Below the pieces are notes generated by a model. That model ran no database searches. It was given only the letters and a program-made list of their open reading frames with translations, and was not told the DNA's origin. Shown one piece after another: positions 1 through 12,715 of a stretch of 64,000 nucleotides of DNA. The stretch's first letter is position 1. The number at the start of each line of letters is the position of its first letter. Location of the stretch: contig NC_135901.1 in assembly GCF_964194155.1 (NCBI RefSeq), positions 29,636,001-29,700,000 of the forward strand, read 5' to 3'. The translations under genes and the position numbers were made by a program. The stretch is from Cetorhinus maximus (taxonomy: Eukaryota).

Positions 1-181
1 ATGGCCTCTCCCCGGTGTGAACTCGCTGGTGTGTCAGCAGGTTGGATAACTGAGTGAATCCCTTACCACACTCAGAGCAGTTGAATGGCCTCTCCCCAGC
101 GTGAACATGTTGTTCAGTTTCCAGCTCAGATTGGAACCGGAATCCTTTCCCACCATCCCCACATGTTGATGGTTTCTCCAT
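1..181 (-). CDS. C2H2 zinc-finger gene G1, 5' part (runs off the window's left edge); first finger degenerate
   Basis: Hand translation from the ACCATGG ATG at 181: [60 protein letters not shown]. Exon-2 acceptor ttttgcag|G at ~539. Confidence 0.75.
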   Translation of the reverse strand, partial: MEKPSTCGDGGKGFRFQSELETEQHVHAGERPFNCSECGKGFTQLSNLLTHQRVHTGERP

Positions 182-1244
182 GGTGCGGGTGTCCTTATTT
201 CTTTGTATGTTTGATGATCAATTGAAGCCTCATCCACACACACAACACGTGTATGGTCTCTCCCTGCAGGGAACGGTGTATTAATTTTTCAGGCTGTGTA
301 ACTGGTGAAAGATCTTTCCACAGTCAGTGCACTGGAACACTCTCACTCAGGTGTGTGTGTGTCTCAGTGCTTTTCCAGTCCCCCTGATGTTTAAAATCTT
401 TTTAAGCAGACAAACAATTCTCCTTAGAGTTTCAATGACCGGTGATATTCAGCTCCTGATGAATTGAGTGATTCCATCAGATCACAACATGGTGTTTAGT
501 TTGAGATATTTGACTGTAAATCCTCCCCTTCTAATATCCTGCAAAAGAAGTTTACAAAAGTCATCACTCTCAGTACAGGATGGAAATTCATAACAGGCAA
601 TTCTAGTTGCTATGGAGCATTCTTTCCTCTCCCACTGCCCCATAGCTGTAAATCTCCAACCCATACACTCTTCCTCCATTCTCACTCTGCTGTACCTAAC
701 ATACACCCTCCCAATTGTCCTGAAGTTGTTGATTGATGCTGATCAACAGACAGATCCGTGTTCACTGCTTCCTGTCCTGGGCACAGGGACCTGAAACTCT
801 TTATGCAGGCTGCTAGCCTATTGGTTTCTAAATTACTGGAATAAAAGTGTGTGTAATACTGTGCACTAGAATTGTGTTACTTGCTTGGAGATGGAGGGAG
901 AATGCAAGGAAGAACTTTCTTTGGGAGCAAGTGGTGATGACCTGGAACTCGCTGCCTATGAGGCTGGTGAAAATGGAGACGATCAATGATTTCAAAATTC
1001 AATTTGATGGGCACTTGGAGGAAATAAACTTACAGGGGAATGGGGATATAGAGGGGGAATGGGACTGACTGGATTGCTTCACAGAGTTGGCAGGAAGTCT
1101 AGTGATGACTCCAGGACTGGAAATATACAATGTAGCTACAGTTCTATATTATAAGACTAGAAATAATAATAAATGAACTTTAGTACAGAACCATGAATAA
1201 TTTATATAAAATATATATCTTATAACAACACTAGACATATCTCT

Positions 1245-1596
1245 AACACAAAAATAAAAATACCTGGAAAAACTCAGCAGGTCTGGTAGCATCTGCGGAG
1301 AGGAACACAGTTAACATTTCGAGTCCGTACGACTCTTCAACAGAACTAAGGAAAAATAGAAAAGAGGTGAAATATAAGCTGGTTTGGGTGGGGGGGGGGG
1401 GGGGGGGTAGAGCTGGATAGAGGGCCAGTGATAGGTGGAGATAGCCAAAAGATGTCATAGACAAAAGGACAAAGAGGTGTTGAAGGTGGTGATATTATCT
1501 AAGAAATGTGCTAATTAAGGGTAGAAAGCAGGACAAGCAAGGTACAGAGAGCCCCAGTGGAGGTGGGGTGGGGTGAAGGAATCGAAATGGGCTAAA
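1245..1596 (-). mobile_element. Penelope-like element (family 1) 3'-end fragment with 13-bp TSD
   Basis: Flanked by tagacatatctct (1232-1244 and 1597-1609). Paralogous sites at ~14157 and ~62851 are empty. Homologous to the 3' end of the GIY-YIG element at 18476-19624. Confidence 0.8.
1309..1347 (-). ncRNA. Minimal hammerhead-ribozyme-like motif (Penelope family 1)
   Basis: Reverse complement reads AGTT-CTGTTGA-A-GAGTC-gtacg-GACTC-GAAAT-GTT-AACT: stem I, variant core, perfect stem II, GAAA. Stem III is decayed. Confidence 0.55.
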
Positions 1597-1629
1597 TAGA
1601 CATATCTCTGTCCGATATTAATTTACTGT

Positions 1630-2420
1630 CCCCTTAAATGTCAGCCATCTCCTGGGGAAACCACCCCTTTCATTGTGAACATTAGGAAAGAGACCATCCT
1701 TTTAGCCAGACAAATACATGTGTCAAGCTGAGGGTGCAAAGGATGTCAATGTCTTTAAGAGAGAGAGAGACCTTGGCAACCTTTCCAGAGTCTGCACCCT
1801 CCATGGGTTCACTTCCTTTCCCTTCAGTTCTTGCAAGTCAACAATTTCCCCCCAGAATGAGAAAAGAAAGGGAAAGGGGGAGAAAAGAAAATGTTTTTCT
1901 CACAGATGTTGTACACAGGAGGAAGTTTTGGTCTGGGTGAAGCTCACTCTTCAGTCACACGAAGCCCGCGCTCTGATTGGCTAGAGGACCAAAGTCCTTC
2001 CGGTCCTCCAAGTCTTCCCATTGGTGAATCCTCCGCATGAAGACAATGAGACAACGGAAGCCTCCGTGAGCTCGTGGGGGTGGGGGGCGGGGGGGGGGAG
2101 GTTGGGGGAAACAATCACGAGTTGAGCGGCTGGCCAATAGGAAACGCCATTCTCTGCACAGGCGCTGGTCCCTTGAACATGCGCAGTCCCGGGCCGCCTG
2201 CCCACTCGGCGGATAGAGCAGTTTCACCAGCGCGGGGGACTGTGGGAGCTGCGGCCGCCATTGCTCATCCGGAGCCCAGTCTCCAAACTCCCGCGACTGG
2301 GATTGAAAGTGGGGGTGGGGGGCGCAGTGACCCCGCCCTGACAACAAGTACATGTGGGTAGTCACTGGATTCGATTGTGACGCTCCCTTAGCAGTTTGTT
2401 GACTTCAGGAGTAAAGATTT
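1630..2420. promoter_or_regulatory. Bidirectional CpG promoter/exon-1 module P1 (drives G1 on the minus strand)
   Basis: Repeated module with gattggc/ccaat, ttccgg (ETS), catgcgca (NRF1-like) and gccgccat (YY1). Minus-strand donor aacatct|gtgaga at ~1903. Confidence 0.75.
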
Positions 2421-3039
2421 GGATCGAAATTGGAGACAGTCAACAGGTCTGGAATCACCTGTGGAGATTAAAAACAGTTAACGGTTCGAGCAGAATATGA
2501 CTCTCTTTCTGTAAAGATGTAGGCAGCTGGGTGACATATTGGGGAGGGCAATAGGCAACAAAGGAGGTCTTGTGGGGCAGTGGGTAGTGTCCCAGCCTCT
2601 AAGCCAGAAACTCCCGTTTCAATTCCCACTCCAAGACTTGATGGCCAAGGAAAGTGTCTTCACGATGCAGCCAAACAGGTTTAGTATCAACTTGTAAAAC
2701 CTTCCAACACACACCAATGGCAGGTGGTAAGAGCAGGAGAGATTCCTTCTCAGCCACATGATGGAAAGAAATTAGCACCGTGACCATCACTCTCCATAGC
2801 TCCAGACTGTAAATTGTCACAGCAACTCCCACTCCTTGGTGGGGCGGGAGGGCGGGTGGAGGCAGTTCGCTCAGGGGTCTGGAAGGTGGGTGTATATCAG
2901 ATCAGTGCCAACAGTCCATCCAGGCTAGGGTAGATTCAGGATCTACCTCCTTGCCCGAACTGTGTTGGAGGTCGTGGATCTGAGGGTCAGAGCTGTCTTT
3001 TGGCAGAGCACGCAAGAAGGAGGAAAAGGAATTCACTCC

Positions 3040-3370
3040 CTCATTGAGCTCGAGTAAGCTCAATACATACATGTGAGCTCACTCTGGAGAGAGGCGGTTC
3101 ACCTGCTCCGTTAGTGGGAATGGAGTCATGCAGTCAGCCAGCATCGAGTTCAGACTGGCGAGAGGCTGATTAAATGTTGCATCTCATCTCCAAACACACC
3201 AGCGAGTTCATGCTTGATTGTACGGGTTGGATTCTGCTGTTATTGCTGCTGCTGATTACATCCAGGACTGAAGCATGTTCAGTTGGGGTCTGTTTCAGCT
3301 GATGTTAATAACCTTTGTAACTGGGCTGGAGTTTAATGCTTTGGATAATTGTCAAATAAATCAGCTTTGT
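3040..3370 (+). pseudogene. Heavily decayed ZNF relic plus 3' UTR (divergent partner of G1)
   Basis: cactctggagagaggcggttcacctgc and cacaccagcgagttca finger scraps, then gggttggattctgctgttattgctgctg 3' UTR and aataaa at ~3355. Homologous to 38700-39150. Confidence 0.65.
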
Positions 3371-4229
3371 TTTGGGCATACAGTTTGTCGAGTCCTTGAT
3401 GTCACTGAGAGAAGAAAAGGTAGGTTTTAAGCAGAACTTAAAGGAGGAGAGAGAAGTGTAGGGGTTCAGGGTGGGGAGTGGGGGAGAAATTCCAGAGCTT
3501 AGGAACCTAGCAGCTGAAGACTGAAAGAGTGTCTCACTGGATTATGGGGGACTCGAGTTTCTGGAGTGGGTACTTGAACCCCCGACCTTCAAACTCAGAG
3601 GCGGGAGTATGAGACTGACTGAGCCCTGGTATTCGGGGAATTGATGTGAAGTCTCAGTTGCCTCATCCTTTCTCTGTCCTCTGCCCCATTCCAGGATCAG
3701 CAGATCGAGCTGAGAAACAATTAAAAGGGGCAAGAAGAAAGATAAGAGAATAAACTTCTTCACCCAGAGAGTGGTGAGCATGTGGAACTCTCTCCCACAG
3801 GGAGTGCTTAAGGGGAGTTGTATAGATGTCTGTAAGGGGGAGCTGGATAAACACATGAGGAAGAAAGGTGGGAGGAGGCTCGTGTACAGTAGAAATGACA
3901 TGGACTGAATGGCCTGGTTCTGTGCTGTACATTGTGTGTGAAGAACTTGTATCATACAACATCTTCCACCCCCTCAGCCAATGAAATACTATTTTAAGAT
4001 GAGGCATTTCAGCTTTTTAAAATTAAGGTCAAGTCGAGGGCTTTTTAACATATAAACCACTCTCAAGTTTAGGTTAAGGATCTTACTGCACAAACAGCCA
4101 CATTTATAAATATCGAGATAGCTGGGAATCAGAGGATAGTGGCTGAAGATCAGGAAATGGTCAAGTTAAAACCTGCCCAGAGCGCAGAAGGACGGGCCGA
4201 ACAAGGTGACGCTGAGCTGAAAGAGGCCA

Positions 4230-4525
4230 GGGTGCACACAGACTCTGATCGAAAGTGCTCTGTGTACACACGGGCTCTGATCGAAAGAGGTCTGCATACA
4301 CACGGGCTCTGATCGAGAGGGGTCTGCGTACACCCGGGCTCTGATCGAAAGGGGTCTACATAGACACAGGCTCTGATTGAAAACGGTTTGCGTACACATC
4401 GGCTCTGATCAAAAAGGGTTTGTGTATACACGGGCTCTGATCGAAAGCGCTTTGCGTACACACGGGCTCTGATCAAAAGGGGTTTGTGTACACATACACA
4501 CAGCCACTGATCAAAAAGCGTTTGT
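4230..4525. repeat. ~30-bp minisatellite (cacgggctctgatcgaaaggggtttgcgta), about 9-10 units
   Basis: Directly visible tandem periodicity. Confidence 0.9.
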
Positions 4526-4554
4526 GTGAGCTGAAGGAATTTCATTTGCATGGA

Positions 4555-4750
4555 CCATGTGCCTGCTGCCAATGTCATTTGAGCTGGTAGAGGTTGTATT
4601 TGGAAGGTGCGGTTGAAGAATCCCTGGCAAGTTGCTATGGTGTATCTTGTAGATGGTACACACTGCAACCACAGTGTTTCAATGGCGGAGGGAGTGCATG
4701 TTAAAGGTGGTCTGAGGAGTGCCAATCAAGTGGGCTGCTTTGTCCTGGAT
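4555..4750 (-). mobile_element. Non-LTR retroelement ORF2 C-terminal fragment (RTE/RTE-X-like)
   Basis: Inverted copy at 16490-16755 translates ...VAAVCT..KMHCRNSPSFLRQHLSNPRSLPPRMTRAA. Related piece at 41170-41330. Confidence 0.45.
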
Positions 4751-5579
4751 GAAACAGACTCTCCAATGTGAAAAGACTGGCTGATAAATAATCATTGTTT
4801 TGGGAAAGCACTGGGACCCAGAAAATTTAAATAATTTCAGTCCGTTTGCTCTTCAAAGTTACGTTGGAACAAATCATATGAGATGTTTGTAGTTGAATGG
4901 AATGCCTTGGCTCCTCACTCGGACACCTGACTGACAAGAGGCAGTGATTGGACAATAGCAGAAAGCAATGAGCTGAAATGTTCTTCTGTGAGTTAAACCG
5001 TTTCCTTTTAACCCAGAATGGGCCATGTCAGAGTTAAAGGCAATACCAGGCTCAAATACATTTAATATACACCACAGAATCAGGCCATTCAGCCCACCCA
5101 ATCCATGGCAGTGTTTATACTTCACTTGAGCCTCCTCCTATGCTTTCTCATCTCACTCTATCAGCGAATCCTTCTGTTCATTTCTCCCCCATGTGTTTAT
5201 CCAGCTTTTCCTTAAATGTATGTATGTTATTCACCTCCACCACTCCCTGTGGTAGCGAGTTCCACATTCTCACCACTCGCTGGTAAAGAGGTTTCTCCTG
5301 AATTTCCAATTAGATTTATCAGTCACTATCTTATGTTGATGGCCTCTAGTTTTGCTCTTCCTCCTACAAGTGGAAACATTCTCTGTGTCTATCAAAACCT
5401 TTCAGAATTATAAAACCTCCATTAGCCCTCAGCCTTGTCTTTCCAAGAGAGAAATGACTCAGCCTATTCATCGTCTTCGGATAGGTTATTCCTACGCTAT
5501 AAATCCCAGTGCCCCAGACATCCCCTCCCACTATTAATTTTAAACCTTATTCATCCTACTATCCTCCTCCTGCCTTTTA

Positions 5580-6470
5580 TCTAGTTCTCCTCCCCTGAAG
5601 GTGCTGACTCTGGGGATCAATTTCACACTCACCTGTTGCCCACCCAAATATGTCACCCAGGTGTCTAAATCTTTACAGCTGAAGTTAACAAACTGTTTTG
5701 CTAAGGGGACGTCACAATCAAACCCAGTGACTACCCACATGTACTTTGTTTCCGGGCGGGGTCACTGCGCCCCCCACCCCCACTTTCCATCCCAGCCCCA
5801 GGAGTTTGGAGACTGGACTCGGGATGAGTAATGGCGCCCGTAGCTCCCACAATACGCGGCGCTGGGGAAACCGCTCTACCCGCCGAGTGGGCGGGCGGCC
5901 CGGGACTGCGCATGTCCGAGGTAGAGGGGAAGCTGCGCATGTGCGGAGAATGGCGTTTCCCATTGACTAACCGCTCATTCCGTCATGAGGGTCAAAGTGT
6001 CTCCCGCGCGCACCTGCTAAGGCTTCCGCTGCCCCATTGTCTTCAGGCGGGGAATCCACCAATGGGGAAAGTTGGAGGACCGGAAGGACTCTGCTCCTCC
6101 AGGCAATCAGAGTGCGGGTTTTGTGTGAACGAAGGTTGAGTTTCACACAGACTAAAACTTCCTCCTGTGTCCAACATCTGTGAGTAAAACACTTTCTTTT
6201 CTCCCCCTTTCCATTTCTTTTCTCATTCTGGGGGGAAATTGTTGACTTGCAGGAACTGAAGGGAAAGGAAGTGAATCCAGGGAGGGTGCAGACTCTGGAA
6301 AGGTTGGCCCAGGTCTCTCTCTCTCTCTCTCTTAAAGACATTGACATCCTTTACTCCCTCAGCTTGACACGTTTATTTGTCTGGCTAAAAGGATGGTCCC
6401 TTTCCTAATGTTCACAATTAAAGGGGTGGTTTCCCCAGGAGATGGCCAGTATTTAACAGGACAGTACACT
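5580..6470. promoter_or_regulatory. Promoter/exon-1 module P2 (drives G2 on the plus strand)
   Basis: Reverse-oriented copy of the module. tgcgcatgt twice, ctcccacaatacgcgg, ccggaag, donor aacatct|gtgagt at 6180. Confidence 0.8.
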
Positions 6471-6475
6471 AATCT

Positions 6476-6960
6476 AAATCGTCACTTGGTAGAATTGAAC
6501 TTCAGTCTTGCTGAAAATGAAACACGTTGAAGCTTTTCATCTTGCATGCATCAGGACATCACAAGAATACCAAATTTCAAAGGGAAGAACATTTTATGTT
6601 GCACGAGGAAATAGGGTGCTGACTGGTTGGCAAGTGTTCTCTGATTGGTCAATGTGTTGCCATGCAAAATGCCCTAGGGTACAGTTACGCCAAAGCTTTT
6701 CATTTAATTCAAAAAATCCAAGTCGACTCTGGCCGGTTGAAACGTGGCATGAGGAGTGCACCAAGGAGCAGTGTCCCCCTTAGCTTTGTTTGATTGAAAA
6801 GGCACAATGCCTGGACAAATTCCTTTTCCCTGCAGAAGACCAGGCCCAATTTCAGATTATCAGCCAGACTCACAGTGTGGCTCACTTACGCTTTCCAGAA
6901 GCTGCATGTATCCAGATACAGGGCACGGTCCGCTGCAGGGAAAAGGAACTTGTCAGGAAG
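6476..6960. mobile_element. Penelope-like element (family 2) 3' end with internal inversion
   Basis: 6845-6960 (+) encodes FQIISQTHSVAHLRFPEAACIQIQGTVRCREKELV, resembling a PLE endonuclease C-terminus. 6476-6845 is the 3' UTR in the opposite orientation, with a hammerhead-like motif at ~6525-6558. Confidence 0.6.
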
Positions 6961-6984
6961 TCTTGCTACAGCTGCACAGGGCAT

Positions 6985-7545
6985 AGGTGAGACCACAACT
7001 TGAGTATTCTGTACAGTCTGAGGCTCCTTCCTTAAGGAGCGATATACTGGCAATGGCACCAGTTCATAGAAGGTTCACTAGGCTGATTCCTACGATGACG
7101 GGTTGTCTTATGAGGAAATGCAGGTTGAGCCTTTACTCATTGGAGTTTAGAAGAATGAAGGGTGATCTTCCAGAAACAAATCGAATTCTGAGGTGGTTTT
7201 GACAGAGTGGATGCTGGGAGGATGTTTCCTCTTGTGGGGGAATCTAGAATGAGGGGACACAGTTTAACAATAAGGGGTCTCATTTTTTAGACACAGATGA
7301 GGAGGAATTTCTTCTCTCAGAATGTTGTTAGTCTTTGGAATTCTCATCCCCAGGGAGCAGTGGAGGCCGGGCCATTGAATATGTTCAAGGTTCAGTTAAA
7401 CGGATTTTTGACCTACAAGGGAGTCAACAGTTATAGAGGGCAGACAGGAAAGTGGAGTTAAGGCCAAGTCAGCCATGATCTTATTGACTGGCAGAACAAG
7501 CTTGATCAGCTAAATGGCCTACTTCTGCTCCTATTTCTGACAATC
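6985..7545 (+). mobile_element. CR1 LINE 3' fragment
   Basis: RPQLEYSVQ..P / LYSLEFRRMKGDL.ET motifs and a tail ending aatggcctacttctgctcctatttc. Confidence 0.85.
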
Positions 7546-8153
7546 TCTGAGTCCAGGACATGAAGCATTGACCATGGTTCTGCCAATCAGCAGGAATCGG
7601 CACCTTCAGGAGAATTGGGAAAGTGTATATTAGGTACAGCAGAATGAGAATGGAAGAGGGGCCGTGGTGTGGGACGGAGATTTACAGCTTTTGGGAATGA
7701 GAGAGGAAAGAATGTTCCATGGAAACCAGAATTGTCTGTTCTGAATTTCTATCTTGTACTGACAGTGATGACTTTAGTAAACTCCTTTTACAGGATATTA
7801 GAAGGGGAGGATTTGCAGACAAATCTCAAACCAAACATCATGTCAAGATCTGACAGAGTCACATGATCCATTGGGAGCTGAATATCATTGGCCTTTGAAT
7901 CTAGAAGGAGAAATGTTTGTCTGTTCTGTCTGCTTCAACGGGTTCTAAACATCAGTGTGACTGGAAAAGCACCGAGACCCACACACCCGAGTGAGAGTGT
8001 TCCAGTGCACTGATTGTGGAAAGAGCTTTAACCAGTTACACAGCGTGAAAAAACATCACCATTCACAGCGGAGAAAGACTGCATGCGTGTTCCACGTGTG
8101 GACGAGTCTTCAACTGATCACCGAACATGGAGAGACACAAGGACACCCGCATC

Positions 8154-8612
8154 ATGGAAAAACTGTGGAAATGTGGGGACTGTGGGAAGGGATTCTTTTT
8201 CCCATCTGCTCTTGAAACTCATCGACGCAGTCACACCAGGGAGAGGCCATTCACCTGCTCCGAGTGTGGGAAGGGATTCACTCACTCATCCGCCCTGCTG
8301 ACACACCAGCGAATTCACACTGGGGAGAGGCCGTTCACCTGCTCCAAGTGTGGGAAGCGATTCAGTGATTCATCCGCCCTGCTCTCACATCAGCGAGTTC
8401 ACACCAGGGAGAAGCCATTCATCTGTTCTGTGTGTGGCAAGGCATTCACTCAGTCAGCCAGCTTGCAGACACACCAAAAAGTTCACACTGGGAAGAGGCC
8501 TTTCACCTGCTCTGACTGTGGGAAGGGATTCAGTGATTCATCCAAACTGCTGAAGCACCAGCGAATTCACACTGGGGAGAAGCCATCCATCTGCTGTGTG
8601 TGTGGGAAGTGA
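8154..8612 (+). CDS. C2H2 zinc-finger gene G2: 5 intact fingers, nonsense codon in finger 6 (ancestral ORF ends at 8828, 8 fingers)
   Basis: ORF track 8127..8612. The frame continues after TGA to cacaagTGA at 8826-8828. Acceptor ttttacag|G at ~7793. Confidence 0.75.
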   Translation: MEKLWKCGDCGKGFFFPSALETHRRSHTRERPFTCSECGKGFTHSSALLTHQRIHTGERPFTCSKCGKRFSDSSALLSHQRVHTREKPFICSVCGKAFTQSASLQTHQKVHTGKRPFTCSDCGKGFSDSSKLLKHQRIHTGEKPSICCVCGK

Positions 8613-9929
8613 TTCAGAGATTCATCTGCTCTGCTGAGACACCAGCGAGTTCACACTGGGAAGAGGCCGTTCACGTGCTCCGTATGTGGGAAGGGCTTCA
8701 CCCAGTCATCCAACCTGCTGAGACATCAGAGAGTTCACACTGGAGAGAAGGCATTCACCTGCTCCGGGTTTGGGAAAGGATTCACTCGGTCACCACACCT
8801 GATGAGACACCAGCGAGTTCACAAGTGATTCCAGGGGTGGGTTCTGCTATTATTGCTGCTGTTAATCACATCCAGGACTGAACTATGTTCATTCTGACAC
8901 TTGGTGAAGTGGGAGGGTCGGAGGGTTTCTTTCTGCAGGACTGGCCGGTCTCACAACTTTGCTTTCAGTGGGCTAATGCTCTTTGAGCCTGGGAGTGCAT
9001 GTTTCCACTGAAACGATCCACAAAAGCTGATGAAGTACATTTATTTTACCCTGGATAATAAATAGTGTTTTATCTGCTTCAGGTAGATATAAAATGAATA
9101 CTGTAGTGTCTGTTCCATTGAGTCAACAGCACAGGGCCGGGAAGAATTTCAAGATTAGATCTTCGAAGACGTGGACTGAAATCCCTCATGAGAGAGGCAG
9201 AGTTTCAGTGAGGTTGGCTGGCTAACAGTGTTACTGACACCTTTGTTGTTGAGAAATCAATGGACTCTGTCTTGGTCACACCTACCGTGTATTTTGTAGT
9301 GTGATGTGCTCGACCACAGTTTGTCTGTTCATTCACATGTACTTCACATTAATTCTGAATGTTAGAACATTTAAAAGACAATGTAAATAGTTTTATCTTT
9401 CTGAATTTGTTTTGTAAACTTTATTTTTTGTTCAAAACCTGTGGAATCTTGGGGCATTATTCTCTGAGCAAGGCCTTGAATCTCAAACTTTGTTAACTTT
9501 AACCCTAACCGGATCCTACCAAAAACTTGGGGGTCTGATCAAGGATCATAACAAAACATACACACATTTTCACTTTAGTTTATGTATAATATACACGTCT
9601 TTGTTGCATAGTTAGAGATATGGGGGGATGTGCAGTGAGTGGTCATGACCAGGAACTCGCTGCCTATGAGGCTGGTGGAAGTGGAGACGATGAATAATTT
9701 CAAAAGAAAATTAGATGGACACTTGAAGGAATTAAGCTTGCAAGGGAACGGGGATATGGAGGGGGAATGGGACTGACTGGATTGCTCTACAGAGTCAGCA
9801 TGGACTGGGGTTACCGAATGGACTCCTTCTGTGCCATAATGACTCAATAACTGGAAATATATAACGTAGCCACTGCACTAAATTGCAAGACGAGATTTTG
9901 ACTGGGTTTTTCTTTGTGACAAATACATC

Positions 9930-10230
9930 AATTGAAAGGAGAATCAGCATTTGTTTTGAAAATGCTTCTGATTTTTTTAGACCCCCAAGTGGATCAATGT
10001 TGGGTCCCTTGTTGGGGGTGGGGGTGGCGGGGGGCGGGGGTGGGGGCGGGGGTGGTGGTGTGCACCCAGACCTGGCCTCAGTGCCACAGGAGGCAAAGCC
10101 GGGGTTCCTGCACCTCACGGTTCCCCCGACTGAGAGGGAGCCGGGTGTCGTATTCATCAAGAATGTGCCCCCCTCATGTCGGTCTCGGAGGGTCATTCAG
10201 GAAATGGTGGCGCCAACATGCAGCCAGTGC
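9930..10230 (-). mobile_element. Decayed Tx1/L1-like LINE fragment (also at 53930-54215)
   Basis: PLGGLKKSEAFSKQMLILL-type ORF2-like peptide. Two near-identical copies in the window. Family assignment is tentative. Confidence 0.4.
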
Positions 10231-10829
10231 CAGGGTGTGAAGGGTGGACACTGAGAGGCTGTTTCCCCCTGGCTGGGGAATCTAGAATACTAGAACACGG
10301 GGCACAGCTTCAGGATAAGGGGCCGATCATTTTAGACTGAGATGAGGAGAAATTTCTTCACTCGGAGGCTAGTGAATCTTTGGAATTCTCTTATCCATCT
10401 GGTTCACCAATGCCTTTCAGGGAAGGAAATCTGCCGCCCTTACCTGGTCTGACCTACATGTGATTCTGGACCCACAGGAATGTAGATGACCCTTAACTGC
10501 CCTCGGAAATGGATGAGCAAGACACACAGTTGGCTCACCACCCTCTTTTCATGGACAATTAGGGATGGGCAATAAACTTTGGCCTTGACAGCGACGCTCA
10601 CATTCTGTGAAAAAATAAAAAAAGCTTCTAGTTCTGACTCACTGCCCATGACAAAGAAGAACAACAAACAGGCCACGCTGCCCCATTCAGTAACTTGAAT
10701 ACACCCATTATCTGTTCACCTCTTCCTGAGCCTGACTGGCTTCTGTTGCCTCGCTCTCTGTGGAGATTCTCACTGAGCGTTTCTGGTCACTTTCCTCTCC
10801 AGGCACCAAACTAGAATGTTACTATCGTG

Positions 10830-12715
10830 ATAGGGACTGTTCGTGTCATAGAGAAATCTGAATGCCCAGTGATTCACTGAAAGAACTACACCACAAAATT
10901 TCACACTTTTAAACGAAAAGAAACTTTATTGTATGTACAAAAACCTAAACTAAGAAAGCACTTATACCTTTACATTATAGTTCATACCTGTGTAAGCTAT
11001 GAATCTAGTTTTCCCTTTACGCTCTCCCTAAGAGTTCCCTTCTCTTTTGAAATCTTGATAGTTCATTCACTTTCTTCAGGGACCAACCCAAAGGTATGCC
11101 ACAGCCCTCTGGAATTTACTTTGATTTCTCCCCAGTTTCCCAGTCTGGCACTCAGACTTCCAGAGTTCTTTCCCTCTGTAAGAATTCCACTGCCTTCTGG
11201 AGCTGACATTGGACAAACCGACTGCTTTTTCCCAGTCGGCTCCCAAAGCTTCTTCACAGCTCTGTCCAAGCTAACGGTTCAAGCTGATTGCCTTCTGCCA
11301 CAAGGCTAACTGCCTTTCACCGTTGTTACAATCACAGCTGATGTTAACTGCTGCACAAACCAAATCCCAGAGGGAAACTTGGCTTACAGGCCATACCCTT
11401 TTTTTGTATTCTGAAAATTAGAAAGTAAACGTACTGATCGCAGCAGCAACAAGTTCAGTAAGAGATTTGGGATTTTAAAAATTAGAAGTAAAAGTTTTAT
11501 TAACAAGAATAAACAAAAACTTATGCACACAAGATTACAGTTGCACAGTTAAAATTAGTCTTACAACACAATCCCCCAAAAGACTCCCTACTTGGTCAGA
11601 CCCATAAGTAAACACCTTCCAGGCAACACTCACTTATAGATGCTGAACTATAAAAATCCAGTAATATTACCCAAGGCAAACTGCTGTAACTTTCATAAAA
11701 GCATACCACATGACCTGTAACTCCCTTCCACTCTGCTGTGGAAATCCAAGCCTTCAGAACAGGACTGTTTGTTGCAGCCCAAGACTTCTCTGGTTTGACT
11801 GGATGCTGATTCAAACTGCCTCTTCCCCCAGCCTAAAGCTACAGCTAACAGCTCTCAGGTCAGTTCCAGCTGCAGCTACAGTAACTCTAAAATACCTTTC
11901 CCCCCACCTTTCACCTCACATTCCATTGTTCTCACACCTCTTTGAACCTCAAATCCTTCCAAATATAAAATCTTTTGTGTTTCTATTTTTTCCTCTGCTT
12001 TTGGGTCAATACAATGTCATATACCCTCTTCTGTTTACCTATGGAACTCCTGCAAAATACAAACATGTTTATCTGCGCCTGACTTCCCTTTGATATTCAA
12101 ACAAACTTAATTTATCTAAAAATGCAAATGTTAGATCCAACCTATTCACTTGTACCTCAAATCTAATGCCTTTATCCTTTCATGTTTTAAACCCCCTCAG
12201 ACAACCTGTCTTCTATTAAATTTTGCTCAGCTTAATTAAATCATCCACAGACTCACCCACACACAGACACCCAGACACACACACACAGACACAGACATAC
12301 ACACAGACACACACACACACAGGCACACACACAGACACCCAGCCTTCACAGAATAACACAATATTCTATAAAAATATGTATATTTTCAAAAACTCCATTC
12401 CTCACACCATTCGGACCACTGGAGATTTCCTCCTCTGGCTTAAAGCTGGGCAAATCGTCCAACTTATTTTCCCCTCACATAAAGTGAAGTGAGCTGTAGC
12501 CTGGACAAGATGAATTCTGTAACTGTCTTCTCTGAGAAACAGGCAGATAAATAAAACAAAAGAAACTTCTAACCTGTACAGCCTATCTCCATGGCAACGT
12601 GGCTTGCTTTGGGAAGTTCCAAACAGAAAAGCAAATAAATGTATTTTACCTTTAAAACACCATGATCCATATGAAATATGAACCAATATATTCGCAAGGT
12701 TGAAAGAGCATAAGT
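10830..12715 (-). mobile_element. Nested LTR-like insertions interrupting the G3 3' UTR
   Basis: 12400-12715 is homologous (inverted) to 22500-22650/23480-23640, which sits at the same 3' UTR position in G4. No coding capacity. Confidence 0.4.

Noticed and set aside
1630-2420. The ZNF cassette as an autonomous transposon or retrocopy
   Set aside because: No TIRs, LTRs, TSDs or transposase at consistent cassette ends. The intron is retained and block boundaries vary, which fits segmental duplication.
4230-4525. CRISPR-like array
   Set aside because: Contiguous units with no unique spacers in a vertebrate context, so a minisatellite.
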